64,000 nucleotides of DNA from Parcubacteria group bacterium (GTDB lineage: Bacteria; Patescibacteriota; Patescibacteriia; UBA1558; GWA2-36-10): the NCBI GenBank assembly GCA_003104935.1, contig PQAE01000003.1, positions 9,350 to 73,349 of the forward strand, written 5' to 3'. Positions 1 to 10,443 of the stretch are shown piece after piece; the first letter of the stretch is position 1; the number at the start of each line of letters is the position of its first letter. The notes beneath the pieces are model-generated. The model was given only the letters and a program-made list of their open reading frames with translations. It made no database searches and had not been told where the DNA came from. The position numbers and the translations under genes are program-made.

Positions 1-176
1 CTGGCAGACGAAAAGCTGAATAGTATATGTCGGAAAGCTGGCTGGCTCCAAAATAATAAGCAATCAATCTTTCCCTAATTAAACCAAATATTTTTGATAA
101 AACTGAAAAAAAACCGATGATAAACGCGCCGCCCATGACGCTGTTATTTATCTTATGTAACAATTTTTTCCACATG
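1..176 (-). CDS. murJ: Lipid II flippase MurJ/MviN, N-terminal part; gene runs off the window start
   Basis: Minus-strand translation from ATG at 176 reads MWKKLLHKINNSVMGGAFIIGFFSVLSKIFGLIRERLIAYYFGAS..., the conserved MurJ N-terminus. It is open to position 1. Confidence 0.6.
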
Positions 177-180
177 GCAA

Positions 181-2673
181 CTACTTGGTCGCGGCTATAA
201 AACCGTAGTAAGCGTCTTGGTCAAGATTCTGAGTATAAGTGACCAGAGCATTCGTAACACTTAATGACGAGGAATCCGTTGCATTATCCCAGATAACCTT
301 CACACCTTCCGGCAACAACACCGTGGAATTAAAGCTGGTATTTTGTAATCCAGGTTGCTTCCAGGCGACCAGACTATAATCGTCCAAATGCCAGCCTTTA
401 TCTAACAGGATGTTCCACCAATTATTAACCAAATTATCCCGCAATTTTAATTTAAACGGCAGTTTATATTTTACGGAAACGGTCTTGGACTGTCCCGGGG
501 CCAAAGTCATCCAGTTGGCAAAAACAGTCTTATCTAAGCTAGTATAGACCTCGGTGCCGGTAGTCCGATCCAATAATGTATTTTGCTCTTCCTGAGCAAT
601 GAGCGGATCAATCCTGACCCCGGGACTGGAGGCATGAAAGTAACCTTCAGGCAAGCTATCAAAACCTATAGCCTCGATAAATTCGCTTCCTAGAGGCACA
701 TAGAGGCGTAAATAGCTGACATTTCCGCCATCCAGACCAGCAAAGGGGTTGTTACCGGCATCGCGATTAGTCCTGGTTATTCGCACCGTATTTATAATAT
801 CACCGTTAGGCCTGACCTCGGCCTGGTGGTCTATAGTTTGGAAAATATTATTATCGGTTTTACCGCCAGCAATGTTGGTATTAACCACCCCAAGGAAATC
901 CCGATCATTACTGACCATCTCCCCGGCCCAGGCCAGATTTTTCAGCCTAGATTCCTCGTTAGCATCATTACTATAAAGCAGAATGTTTTTTTCAAAAAGC
1001 ATCTTAAAAAAATTAGTCAACAACGCCGGCTGTCTATCACGATCGCCGTAAAGTCGCTCCAATATTAAAGGGGCCAGGTCGGCAATTATCGCCTTGGGTT
1101 GATTAGCCTGCTTATCATAATTTACCTCAACTTCCTGTTGAATCACCTGATAAAGATTATCGGCCGTGACCGTCAGCTGATATTTATCCAGATAGATCGG
1201 ACCGATAATGGTCAGGAGTTGCTTTAAAACATCGGCGTTTATAGCAATCACTCCGTCTAGTGAAGATTCGCCAATCTGGACATAGAAATCATTAATTTTT
1301 TTGGCGGATGTAGGAAAGTCCGGCCACCAATTGGCATCCCAAATATTAAAATGTGGATTGATCACCGACAGTGCCTTTGGTGCTTTTATATATTGCTTTT
1401 GTCCGGCGGACAAATCGTAAGTGCCGCCCTGAGGTATTTCCATTTTTACCATCTCACCACGGAAGACATCCACTAAAGCGATACTACCGATAAACCCGCC
1501 GGTAGCTCGGAGCTCATTATTGTTTTGAAATAAAAGCAAATACCTTTTTTCACGATCCTGTCCGAGAAAGCTACTTAGCACCGAAAAAATGCGATCCAGT
1601 GTTTTTAAATTTGTAATTATTTCCGGGAGTTGCTGTTGTAAAGCACGCAATTGCGGTTTTAACTCGTCGGGCACTGCTGAAAGAGAATTTCCGGACAGAT
1701 CCTTATTTGCCTCTTCCAAGTACGGTAGTGTTTTAATTATATTATCATCAATCACCGCTAAATATTCTGTGGGACTAGCTCCTTCTTGAACTTGCTTGCT
1801 CAGGGTGGCAGCGGCCTGAGAAATGTTGGTTGACACTGACAAGAGACTGCGGCCGAATGACATTGGTTTGCCGATACCGGGTAACCAGGCAGAAGCATCC
1901 AGCAAGGTCCGATGATAGTTGTTTATTATGCTTTGAGCTTGTTCAAAACTCTGTAGAGACTGCACAAAATCACTCTGAGCGGCGTCATATGAGTTTTCCG
2001 AGGCCGAAATAACGCCGGACTGTAGTTTTAGTAGGCCGTCTCTGCCATATTCAAAAATTCTACTCTTGTCATTACTAACCTGCTCATAAAAAAATATGCC
2101 CCGAATAGGGAGTAACACTAATGTTGTTATCAGTGCAAAGGCAATGGTCCTTTTCGCTATTTGATAAAAATTTAGACGCGCCCAGTTCAGGTGACAGCTG
2201 GGAAATAAGATTTTCGGTGCGCGCCATAAGGGACGAGTGGTGCTCTTGCTAAGTTTTTCTTTTTTTGGCTTTAACTCAACGACGTGCTCCTGTTCAGTCG
2301 GTCGATTGTGTATTTGTTCCGGTTTAGTCTGTGTCTTAAGGTTTTTCTTTACTGACCGAAGATCCAGGACATAGTCAGATAGCTGAGACGGGTGTTCAGA
2401 AATCTGCTTAGAAATCAATTTAGCCGACCTCTCCAGTTCAGGCGGATTTTCCTTATCCTCATTCTTGGTCTTATTTAAAACAGTCAATAATGTTAAGTGC
2501 GACAAATCTTCCTGAATCAGCCGATCTAAAACATCCAAGGCCTTGGCCTTGGCATTTTCTTGTTTAATTATTTGCCGGGGGCTTTCATCGTCCAATAAAA
2601 ATTGGTCGATATCCTCCAGGATTTCCCTTTTCAGGTTTTCTAAACCTCTCTGATTGTTTACATTGTCAGACAT
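181..2673 (-). CDS. Large membrane-anchored extracytoplasmic protein, DUF4012-like, associated with the cell-envelope polysaccharide locus
   Basis: 830-aa ORF with a charged N-terminal region, one TM helix (AFALITTLVLLPI) and a large C-terminal domain. It sits between murJ and the glycosyltransferases. The domain assignment is from memory of the architecture and was not searched. Confidence 0.5.
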   Translation of the reverse strand: MSDNVNNQRGLENLKREILEDIDQFLLDDESPRQIIKQENAKAKALDVLDRLIQEDLSHLTLLTVLNKTKNEDKENPPELERSAKLISKQISEHPSQLSDYVLDLRSVKKNLKTQTKPEQIHNRPTEQEHVVELKPKKEKLSKSTTRPLWRAPKILFPSCHLNWARLNFYQIAKRTIAFALITTLVLLPIRGIFFYEQVSNDKSRIFEYGRDGLLKLQSGVISASENSYDAAQSDFVQSLQSFEQAQSIINNYHRTLLDASAWLPGIGKPMSFGRSLLSVSTNISQAAATLSKQVQEGASPTEYLAVIDDNIIKTLPYLEEANKDLSGNSLSAVPDELKPQLRALQQQLPEIITNLKTLDRIFSVLSSFLGQDREKRYLLLFQNNNELRATGGFIGSIALVDVFRGEMVKMEIPQGGTYDLSAGQKQYIKAPKALSVINPHFNIWDANWWPDFPTSAKKINDFYVQIGESSLDGVIAINADVLKQLLTIIGPIYLDKYQLTVTADNLYQVIQQEVEVNYDKQANQPKAIIADLAPLILERLYGDRDRQPALLTNFFKMLFEKNILLYSNDANEESRLKNLAWAGEMVSNDRDFLGVVNTNIAGGKTDNNIFQTIDHQAEVRPNGDIINTVRITRTNRDAGNNPFAGLDGGNVSYLRLYVPLGSEFIEAIGFDSLPEGYFHASSPGVRIDPLIAQEEQNTLLDRTTGTEVYTSLDKTVFANWMTLAPGQSKTVSVKYKLPFKLKLRDNLVNNWWNILLDKGWHLDDYSLVAWKQPGLQNTSFNSTVLLPEGVKVIWDNATDSSSLSVTNALVTYTQNLDQDAYYGFIAATK

Positions 2674-2714
2674 CGGCTATATTATAACAAATTTCAGCAA
2701 AAAAACAAAGAAAA

Positions 2715-3830
2715 TTAACCGGTCCGATAAATTTCTAAAATACTGCCTGCCATTTTGACCCAGGAATATTTCTCTATTTGTTTAAAGCCGGCTTGTTTTA
2801 GATCAAAGGCAATATTTTCCTGGCAAATTATCATCTCCATTTTTTCTAGAAGTGATTCTTCTCGCAGAGGATCAAAATACAAGGCGGCTGGCCCCAAAAT
2901 CTCTGACAGACAGCTGGACTGACTGGATAGGATCGGCGTGCCTAAGGACATCGCCTCCAGCGGCGGCAGTCCAAAGCCTTCATACAGGGACGGAAATACA
3001 TAAGCCCGAGCCTGTTGGTAGTAAGCGCCTAATAAATTATCCGGCACATAACCCACAAAAATAATATTATTTTTGTCCAACGGATGCGATTGCCTAGTCA
3101 GAATTTTCAGGCGCTCATAAAAATAATTCTTTTGACCGATGAGGATGAGGTAAAAATCCGGATGTTTGATTTTAAATTTTATAAAAACATCAATGAGAAA
3201 CTCCAGATTTTTGTGCGGATAAGCGTTGCCGACGTAAAGAAAAAAATTTTCCGGGAGAGAAATTTTCTCAACAAACGGTGAACCTAGTTTTGTAATACCT
3301 TCGTAAACCACCTTGATTTTGTCGGACTGAGCTGAGCTCATTTTAAAATGTTTTATCAGATCCTGCCGCCCAAATTCTGATACGGCTATAATCCGCCATG
3401 CCCTATGTACGGCGGACTTAATGATCCGGTTATAAAACCAATACTTAAAATTAAATACAAAGTTATTGCGGTGCGTGCTCGCCCGACGGCTGGGAAATTT
3501 GGTCATTATCAAATCGTGAATGGTCACTAGGAACTTACCGCGGTAAAAAATGGGCACATTAAAGTGCGGAAAATGAACTAAATCTGCCTGAAGACTATAT
3601 AAAATAAAGGGCATGACTATTTGTTCCTTGACCGTATACCAGCGACAATTGGCAATTTTAATCTGAAAATTGGCAGGTAACTGTGGTAGGTCGTCGGGAG
3701 CTTCTTTAAATATTAAAATATACTGGTTGGTTAAATCAATTTTAACCAACTCTTCCAATAATTTTTGGTTGTAGCGGCCCAAGCCACCCACGCGTGGTCC
3801 GTAAATCCGTAAATCAATGACTATTTTCAT
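2715..3830 (-). CDS. Glycosyltransferase family 1 (GT4-type)
   Basis: C-terminal EGFGLPPLEAMSLGTPIL motif (E-x7-E GT1 signature). Confidence 0.85.
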   Translation of the reverse strand: MKIVIDLRIYGPRVGGLGRYNQKLLEELVKIDLTNQYILIFKEAPDDLPQLPANFQIKIANCRWYTVKEQIVMPFILYSLQADLVHFPHFNVPIFYRGKFLVTIHDLIMTKFPSRRASTHRNNFVFNFKYWFYNRIIKSAVHRAWRIIAVSEFGRQDLIKHFKMSSAQSDKIKVVYEGITKLGSPFVEKISLPENFFLYVGNAYPHKNLEFLIDVFIKFKIKHPDFYLILIGQKNYFYERLKILTRQSHPLDKNNIIFVGYVPDNLLGAYYQQARAYVFPSLYEGFGLPPLEAMSLGTPILSSQSSCLSEILGPAALYFDPLREESLLEKMEMIICQENIAFDLKQAGFKQIEKYSWVKMAGSILEIYRTG

Positions 3831-4950
3831 GGAGATCCATTTCCTTAAAGACTTCTAATATTTGACGGGTAAATCCGTCCCAACTGGATATACTGGCCGC
3901 GCCTGAACCTTTCTCTAATTCTACACTGAGTCGGCGGTCGTCGGCCAGCATCATCATAGCTTGGTAGATGTCGTTAATATTATAAGGGTCAATATAAATT
4001 ACCATATTTTTTAGGTTCTCCGGCATAGCTGTCTTATAACTGGTAATAACCGGCTTGTGAAAATATAAGGCTTCCAGTGGCGGAAAACCGTATCCTTCGT
4101 AAAATGAAGGCCAAACCAGTGCCCGGCAGTGCCGATAAAGGGCGCTTTTTTCAGGCTCGGATACATGCCTAAGATAATGGATCTGGGATCGCTTCTTTAT
4201 CTGTCGCAATAATGGACCATAGAGCCAACCTGGTTGGCCGGCGATCAGCAAATGATAATCGGGAAATTTACTACTGAATATTTCAAAAGCTTGAATGACC
4301 GCGGAAAGATTTTTTCTTGGTTCTAGTGTGCCGATAAACAGAAAAAATTTTTGCGGCCAATTCCTCTGCCTGGCAATAACCTCCGCCTGTTCCGCCGTCA
4401 GTGGCACGACGCTAAGCCCTGGTTTCAAAACCTTGACCTTATCACCTTCGGTAGAAAAAAATTTCACCAAATCCCTTTTAGTATTTTCCGATACCGCCAA
4501 AATTTCTGTTGCTCGGGTAACAAGCTTTCTGGGACGGACAGCCAGATGCCAGAACTTCATCTGGAGATTAAAAAAATGCGGTGCGGATATAAATGACAAA
4601 TCATGGAAAGTCAACAAAAGCGGAATATCGCTTTTGGTTTGGAAAAAATCTATATTTGGCAGCCAAAAGAGATCCAACTTGGCCGGAATCTTATCGATGA
4701 TGTCTACTGGCCAAGGACTTAACATACTCAGATTGATCAATTTATTCCATAGTTGGAGGTGAATATGGTGAACATTTGCTTGACTAAAACTCAGCCAATC
4801 AAATTTTTCCGATTTCCAACCCGAGCTAAAAAGATAATACTGATTTTTATGGTCCAGTGCCAGGATATTTTGCAAAGCGCCCCAAATATAATTACCGACA
4901 CCGCTCAGCTTGGCCGAAGACAGGGCACGGATGTCAACGCCGATATTCAT
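3814..4950 (-). CDS. Glycosyltransferase family 1
   Basis: EGYGFPPLEALYFHKPVI motif; overlaps its neighbours, operon-style. Confidence 0.85.
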   Translation of the reverse strand: MNIGVDIRALSSAKLSGVGNYIWGALQNILALDHKNQYYLFSSGWKSEKFDWLSFSQANVHHIHLQLWNKLINLSMLSPWPVDIIDKIPAKLDLFWLPNIDFFQTKSDIPLLLTFHDLSFISAPHFFNLQMKFWHLAVRPRKLVTRATEILAVSENTKRDLVKFFSTEGDKVKVLKPGLSVVPLTAEQAEVIARQRNWPQKFFLFIGTLEPRKNLSAVIQAFEIFSSKFPDYHLLIAGQPGWLYGPLLRQIKKRSQIHYLRHVSEPEKSALYRHCRALVWPSFYEGYGFPPLEALYFHKPVITSYKTAMPENLKNMVIYIDPYNINDIYQAMMMLADDRRLSVELEKGSGAASISSWDGFTRQILEVFKEMDLHENSH

Positions 4951-6029
4951 AGAGAATTGACATAATGATAAATTTTTTCCCGAAAAATATTTTCATCAAA
5001 ACGACGACTATACGCCCTAATCTGCTCTGGATCATAATCTTCCGGTCGGAACCGTAAAATTCGGTGCGCCAAAGATTCCCAGGTCTGTTCATCAAAAAAT
5101 GTCCCGGTCACCCCCTCCACCACAGTTTCTAATGCACCCCCCTTTCTAAAGGCGATAACCGGGCGACCAGATGCCATGGCCTCTATGGCGGTGATTCCAA
5201 AATCCTCTATTTGGGGATAGATAAAGGCCTGACAGTGCGATAAATACCAGTTTCTTTGTGTATCAGGTAACTCCCCTAGAAATTCAATATTTGCCTGGGC
5301 CTTTTTTTTAAGTCGCCTGGCTTCTGATCCGCCGCCGATAATTTTTAAGGGCAATTTGAGATTATTAAAGGCCTCGATAGCGATATCCACTTTTTTATAG
5401 GGACGGAGACGGCTGACTATTAAAAAAAAATTCTCCGGCTTTTCCGCAATTCTAAAATCATCGATTCTGACTGGAGGATGGATGACTATTGCCGGCCGGT
5501 CATAATGTTTTTGTATTTTGTCGGCAATAAAACGGGAGTTAGCGATAAACTGATTGACCTGTTGGGCTTTTTTATAATCCCAGATCTGCAGTTTATCTAA
5601 TAGTTTTGGCAAAATCACTTTCAGCCATTTGCCTTCGGGTAGGTTGCCAATATATTCTTCTTTATCGTCCCATAAATAACGAGTTGGGGAATGGCAGTAA
5701 CTGAAATGTTTAGTTTGCCTACCGATAGCCACGCCTTTAACAAAGGCTGATGATGAACTAATCACGACGTCATAGGAGCTGAGATCAATTTTTTCCCAGG
5801 CCCCGGGCATCAATAATAAAAAATATTTAAAGATTTTATTAATACCCAGTATCTTCTGCAAATAAGATGTGCGAATCTTTTCCTGAGGGATATACCCCCG
5901 GCTGATCTTGGAATTATTAATCAAGGTATAAATTTCGGCTTCGGGAAAAACATCAGCCAATACCGCCAATACTTTTTCGGCGCCGCCGACCTGAAATAAA
6001 TGATCATGGGCCAGAGCAATTTTCATCAC
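4947..6029 (-). CDS. Glycosyltransferase family 1
   Basis: EDFGITAIEAMASGRPVIA motif; N-terminal VGGAEKV motif. Confidence 0.85.
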   Translation of the reverse strand: MMKIALAHDHLFQVGGAEKVLAVLADVFPEAEIYTLINNSKISRGYIPQEKIRTSYLQKILGINKIFKYFLLLMPGAWEKIDLSSYDVVISSSSAFVKGVAIGRQTKHFSYCHSPTRYLWDDKEEYIGNLPEGKWLKVILPKLLDKLQIWDYKKAQQVNQFIANSRFIADKIQKHYDRPAIVIHPPVRIDDFRIAEKPENFFLIVSRLRPYKKVDIAIEAFNNLKLPLKIIGGGSEARRLKKKAQANIEFLGELPDTQRNWYLSHCQAFIYPQIEDFGITAIEAMASGRPVIAFRKGGALETVVEGVTGTFFDEQTWESLAHRILRFRPEDYDPEQIRAYSRRFDENIFREKIYHYVNSL

Positions 6030-7421
6030 TTAGTATCCTTCCCGGTTTTGCCAAGGCACGCGTAAAGTCTTGAGCAATATAATAACATCCAGTAGTATGG
6101 ACCAATTTTCAATATAAAAAATATCCAATTTAGCTTCTTCGGTAAATAAAAGGTTAGAGCGCCCGGATACTTGGGCCATACCACTTATCCCCGGCTTAAT
6201 GGTCAACAAACGCCGATAGCCCCGTTCATAGCGTAAAACTTCCTCAGGCTCATGCGGGCGCGGACCAACTAGACTCATTTCTCCTTTGAGCACGTTGCAA
6301 AGCTGAGGTAATTCATCAAAACTAGTGCGACGCAACCAGCGGCCAAAAGACGTAACGCGCGGATCATTTTTCATTTTAAACAACGGCCCGTCATTTCGCT
6401 CGTTAAATTGTAAAATTTCCGATTTCAATTTGTCGGCATTTTTTATCATGGAACGAAATTTATACATTTGAAAAAAATTCCCCTTAACACCAACACGCCT
6501 AACGCTAAAGAAAACCGGACCTTCCGACGTGCTCTTGATAATAATAGCTAGTATTAAAAACAGAGGCGAAAGAATTATTAAAAGTACTAAGGATATTAAA
6601 ATATCAAACAACCGCTTCCAGACTTTACGCCAACCGTCCAATGGCGTACTCATAATCTCCACGATGGGCAGTCCGGCGGCCTCGCTCAAAACTATATTTC
6701 TCAGACTTTGCGCTTGAAACAAACTGGCTACGTATTTCAAAGTCAAATGATTTTCCTGACAAAACGTCAGTAAATCCAGCGCCTCGTCTTTAGTAGCAGA
6801 AGAGTCGGCCTGAATAATATGGTCTACCTGGCTAATCAACCGGGCATTCTGACCGACCCACTCTCGCAGTTGATCCAGATTATCAAACTCGGCCATCACC
6901 CTGTAACCCAACTGTAAATTATTTTTATAACCATTAATGATTGGTTGGCGGCTGCTAGGATCGCCCAATATTATGGCCGCCGCCAATCCCCGACCCCGAC
7001 GCAGAAAATAATTTTTTATGCCTCGGATAATCAGCCGAATCAGAAATAAATAGATGATACACAGAGCCCACGCTAAAACAATGATAAAACGGGATGAAAA
7101 TAATTCCCTTTTCAGGAAAATAGCCAGAATTAAAAAAACAACCACCGTGGACACCCCGCTGATGATCATTAGAAACTGTCCGGAAAGCTTTCTGGCCTTC
7201 ATGGTGTAAAAACCGGACCAGGCAAAAATAAAAACCGCAAATAAAGCCACCTTTAAAACCAAAGATAAATATGTGACAAAGGGCATCCCATACAGGACCG
7301 GTCGGATCTGGGTAATACCGTCGGAAAACCGAAAATAATAAGCCGACAAAGCGGCCAGGATAATCAGGCAGAAATCCAGGGGAACCAAAATGATATTTGT
7401 TATAAAATTAGGCCTTTTCAT
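6030..7421 (-). CDS. Polyprenyl glycosylphosphotransferase (bacterial sugar transferase, WbaP/EpsL-like initiating enzyme)
   Basis: N-terminal TM helices. C-terminal domain has KRLFDILISLVLLIILSPLFL...PVFFSVRRVGVKGNFFQMYKFRSM...DELPQLCNVLKGEMSLVGPRP, the PF02397 signature. Confidence 0.85.
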   Translation of the reverse strand: MKRPNFITNIILVPLDFCLIILAALSAYYFRFSDGITQIRPVLYGMPFVTYLSLVLKVALFAVFIFAWSGFYTMKARKLSGQFLMIISGVSTVVVFLILAIFLKRELFSSRFIIVLAWALCIIYLFLIRLIIRGIKNYFLRRGRGLAAAIILGDPSSRQPIINGYKNNLQLGYRVMAEFDNLDQLREWVGQNARLISQVDHIIQADSSATKDEALDLLTFCQENHLTLKYVASLFQAQSLRNIVLSEAAGLPIVEIMSTPLDGWRKVWKRLFDILISLVLLIILSPLFLILAIIIKSTSEGPVFFSVRRVGVKGNFFQMYKFRSMIKNADKLKSEILQFNERNDGPLFKMKNDPRVTSFGRWLRRTSFDELPQLCNVLKGEMSLVGPRPHEPEEVLRYERGYRRLLTIKPGISGMAQVSGRSNLLFTEEAKLDIFYIENWSILLDVIILLKTLRVPWQNREGY

Positions 7422-7496
7422 GAAAAAATATCCTTATTTGAGTGACTTTATCATAACATCTGGGACACTAAAAATCAATTTTGGGCAATTAAAAAA

Positions 7497-8023
7497 GGCC
7501 TAAATTGAACAATAAGCCGAGTTCTGTATCCTCTGCCTACGGCAGAGGGCGATGATCATCTATCTAGGCCTAGAGTCGCCCCTAGGCTCAAACGACCTAC
7601 CCGCCCTGCACCTTATGGTACAGGGCCAATTTGGTCTTTCACCGGATAGAGTTTACCTCTTTCAGTCTGTCACCAGACTGACGGGTCCGCTAATTATCGG
7701 ACCTTTTCACCCTTATTTTAGTCCATTGCTGGACTAAAAAGGAATATTCTCTGTTGCACTTGTCCTGACCCAGCCATCACTGGCGAGCCGGTTGGCGTTA
7801 CCAATTATCCTTGCTTGTCCGCCTTTGGCGGATTTATGGTGCTCGGACTTTCCTCCCTGAACCACTCACTCCGTTCGGGTATCAGGGCGGCGCCCTCATA
7901 CCGGGTATTTAACGGCCAGCACTTCGACCAGCCGTGTACCCCAGAAAATTCAAGTTTACGGCCAGCCGTGTACCCGAGCGAAGCGAGTGGTTCACGGCGA
8001 TCATCTTGGTCAATTCAGACCTT
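7497..8023 (-). ncRNA. rnpB: RNase P RNA, bacterial type A, with an extended P3
   Basis: Minus strand contains GGGAGGAAAGUCCGAGCACC (P4 5' strand), ACAGAACUCGGCUUAUU (P4 3' strand) and UAAGGGUGAAAAGGUCCG (P10-12). A P2 pairing (GAACCACUCGCUUCG / CGAACGGAGUGAGUGGUUC) and a P1 pairing (GGUCUGAAUUGACC / GUUCAAUUUAGGCC) can be drawn. No ORF; GC-rich against AT-rich flanks. Ends are +/-10 nt. Confidence 0.85.
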
Positions 8024-8303
8024 CGCTAATAATATACTATATTTAAGTTATTTTGTCAAGGATTATTCTTTTCTACCCGATAATATTAAATTCAAAATTA
8101 TGGTAAATATAAAAAGTATATTTATTGTTATTATTATTTTAACATCCATGCCACTGCCTTTAAATATATAATCTATAATTACCAAACCCACCAGTGACAG
8201 CGGCCAAAGCTTTCTATAAAGGGAACCTTTGCTCATCTGATTTTTTTATCATTTAAATTTTTATTTTGTTCCATAAAATCATTAATTAAATTTTATTTTT
8301 AAA

Positions 8304-9416
8304 TCAAATAGTGTGATGCGATTCTAAAATAAAATCCAGCGTTTCCTTAGCACATTTTTCCCAAGAAAAATTGCGGCACTTTTCCAATCCGGATTCAATT
8401 AATTTTTTTCGCAAAACGGAATCATCCAAAGCATTTTTCAGCTTTAAGGCAATATCATTGATATCATCTGGATTAAAAAATGATACAGCTCCTTCCCCTA
8501 CTTCGCGCAAAGCCGGTATGTCCGAGCAAACTACCGGCACGCCCGAACCCATGGCTTCTAGTATTGGAATGCCAAAGCCCTCAAATTTGGACGGAAAGAC
8601 AAAGAGTGTGGCGGCCGCTAAAATCAGCGGGTGATCCGCCGGATCAACATAGCCTAAAAATTTTATTTTATCTACAATTTCTCGGTCCGCGGCTATGTGC
8701 TGAATTTCTTCGTAACCGTAATTTCCCGGACGGCCGCCTAGTACCAAAGCATAATCGGTTTTTAATAATTTAAAGGCTCGGATCAAATTTTGAATATTTT
8801 TCTTGGTTTCTATACGGCCGATATAGAGAATATATTTTTCCGGTAAATTATATCTCTTAACAACTTCTATTTTGACGGCCGGATCTAGAGGCCGAAATCT
8901 ATGTTGGTCCCAGCCCAGCGGTATTACTTTAATTTTAGCGGCCGCGCCAGGAAAATACCGGATAATATCATCCTTAGTATATCCCGAAATAGTAATAATT
9001 TTATCTGCGCGGGCAATCGCCAAATTATGGGATATTTTCTGATATATCCGCTCTAAAGGCTGGTAAAGCTCGGGATTTTTTAGAAAGCCCAGGTCATGAA
9101 TAGTGGCTGTCACCTCTCCCCGACAAAAAACCGGAAAAGCGTTAGTGGCAAAAAATTTATTGACCGGATGAATTAGTAATTCCCAACCCAGCCGCAGATG
9201 AGTCCAAAACTTTTTGAAGGGCCAGGATAATTTGTGAAAATAAAAATTCTCCGGAGCCTGAAGTAGGACCGGATCTAAAGCTTGATTATAATAAATATGA
9301 ATCTGGTTGACAGCGTCCAGTTTTTTAAATTCCTGAAGCAAATGCCAGGCATACCACTCGGTGCCGGTTTTTTGCGCCTTATTAGCGCGACTGGCTTCTA
9401 AACCTATAGTGATCAT
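8304..9416 (-). CDS. Glycosyltransferase family 1
   Basis: EGFGIPILEAMGSGVPVVCSD motif. Confidence 0.85.
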   Translation of the reverse strand: MITIGLEASRANKAQKTGTEWYAWHLLQEFKKLDAVNQIHIYYNQALDPVLLQAPENFYFHKLSWPFKKFWTHLRLGWELLIHPVNKFFATNAFPVFCRGEVTATIHDLGFLKNPELYQPLERIYQKISHNLAIARADKIITISGYTKDDIIRYFPGAAAKIKVIPLGWDQHRFRPLDPAVKIEVVKRYNLPEKYILYIGRIETKKNIQNLIRAFKLLKTDYALVLGGRPGNYGYEEIQHIAADREIVDKIKFLGYVDPADHPLILAAATLFVFPSKFEGFGIPILEAMGSGVPVVCSDIPALREVGEGAVSFFNPDDINDIALKLKNALDDSVLRKKLIESGLEKCRNFSWEKCAKETLDFILESHHTI

Positions 9417-9421
9417 AGAGG

Positions 9422-10435
9422 CTATCTAGCCGATAAGATGCTACGCTTATATGATTCCAGATTTTCCAGGGCGATGCCCGTGCCGCGCGCCACACAAAGA
9501 ATAGAGTCCTCGGCCACATAGGCGGGGACACCGGTGGCTTGGGATAGTAGCTTATCCATATTCCTAAGCAGTGCTGTACCCCCGGACAAGACCATCCCCT
9601 TATCCATAATATCGGCGGATAATTCCGGAGGGGTTTGATAGAGTACTGATTTGACGGCCACTATCAGATTTTGTAGTTCATTTTGTAGGGCCTCAGTCAC
9701 GTCGTCGGAGCTGACTAGTAGTGTTCTTGGCAAACCGGTAATCATATCCCGACCCTTAATATTCATCGTTAACTTTTCAGTCTTTGGTAAATATTGGGCC
9801 GAGCCAATTTTAATTTTTACTTCCTCGGATGTGCGCTCGCCGATGGCCAAGTTATACTTACGCTTTATAAATTCGGCTATGGCCGTATCATATTTATTGC
9901 CGCCAATGCGGACCGATGTATTAGCGACGATTCCACCCAAGGAAATAACCGCTATTTCGCTAGTGCCGCCGCCCATATCCACGATCATGTGACCGGAGGG
10001 TGAACCGATTGGTATATCGGCACCGATAGCGGCGGCGATCGGCTCCTTGATGATAAAAGCGGCTTTAGCACCGGCGTTCAGTGTAGCGTCAATCACAGCA
10101 CGCCTTTCCGTAGAAGTGATACCGGCCGGGACCGCGATCATTACTTCCGGACGGAAAATCTTCATCCCGCCCACAGCTTTGTTGATGAAATATTTGAGCA
10201 TGCTTTCTGTGGTGCGGTAATCCGCTATGACACCATTTTTTAAGGGTCGGGAGGCCACGATAGAATCCGGCGTCCGGCCGATCATCTCTTTGGCCTCGTC
10301 CCCTACGGCCATAACTTTTTTGTCTAAAACCGAAATGGCTACTACCGATGGTTCGTTAATAACAATACCGCGCTTGGGAATATAGACCAAGGTTGAGGTG
10401 GTGCCTAGATCAATGCCGATTTTCTTGATAAACAT
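9422..10435 (-). CDS. mreB: Rod shape-determining protein MreB (paralog 1)
   Basis: IGIDLGTTSTLVY, DMGGGTSEIAVISLGG actin-fold motifs. Confidence 0.9.
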   Translation of the reverse strand: MFIKKIGIDLGTTSTLVYIPKRGIVINEPSVVAISVLDKKVMAVGDEAKEMIGRTPDSIVASRPLKNGVIADYRTTESMLKYFINKAVGGMKIFRPEVMIAVPAGITSTERRAVIDATLNAGAKAAFIIKEPIAAAIGADIPIGSPSGHMIVDMGGGTSEIAVISLGGIVANTSVRIGGNKYDTAIAEFIKRKYNLAIGERTSEEVKIKIGSAQYLPKTEKLTMNIKGRDMITGLPRTLLVSSDDVTEALQNELQNLIVAVKSVLYQTPPELSADIMDKGMVLSGGTALLRNMDKLLSQATGVPAYVAEDSILCVARGTGIALENLESYKRSILSAR

Positions 10436-10443
10436 AAGTGGTC

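Noticed and set aside
749-2012. Small plus-strand ORFs (749-976, 826-1068, 1589-1789, 1830-2012) inside the 830-aa gene, and similar 60-150-aa antisense ORFs throughout
   Set aside because: Each is embedded antisense in a longer, motif-supported CDS and lacks a start context. Treated as noise.
8033-8303. AT-rich 270-bp spacer with a possible 46-aa hydrophobic minus-strand ORF
   Set aside because: No RBS, very low complexity and composition typical of intergenic DNA. More likely a promoter or UP region for the GT1 gene and rnpB.
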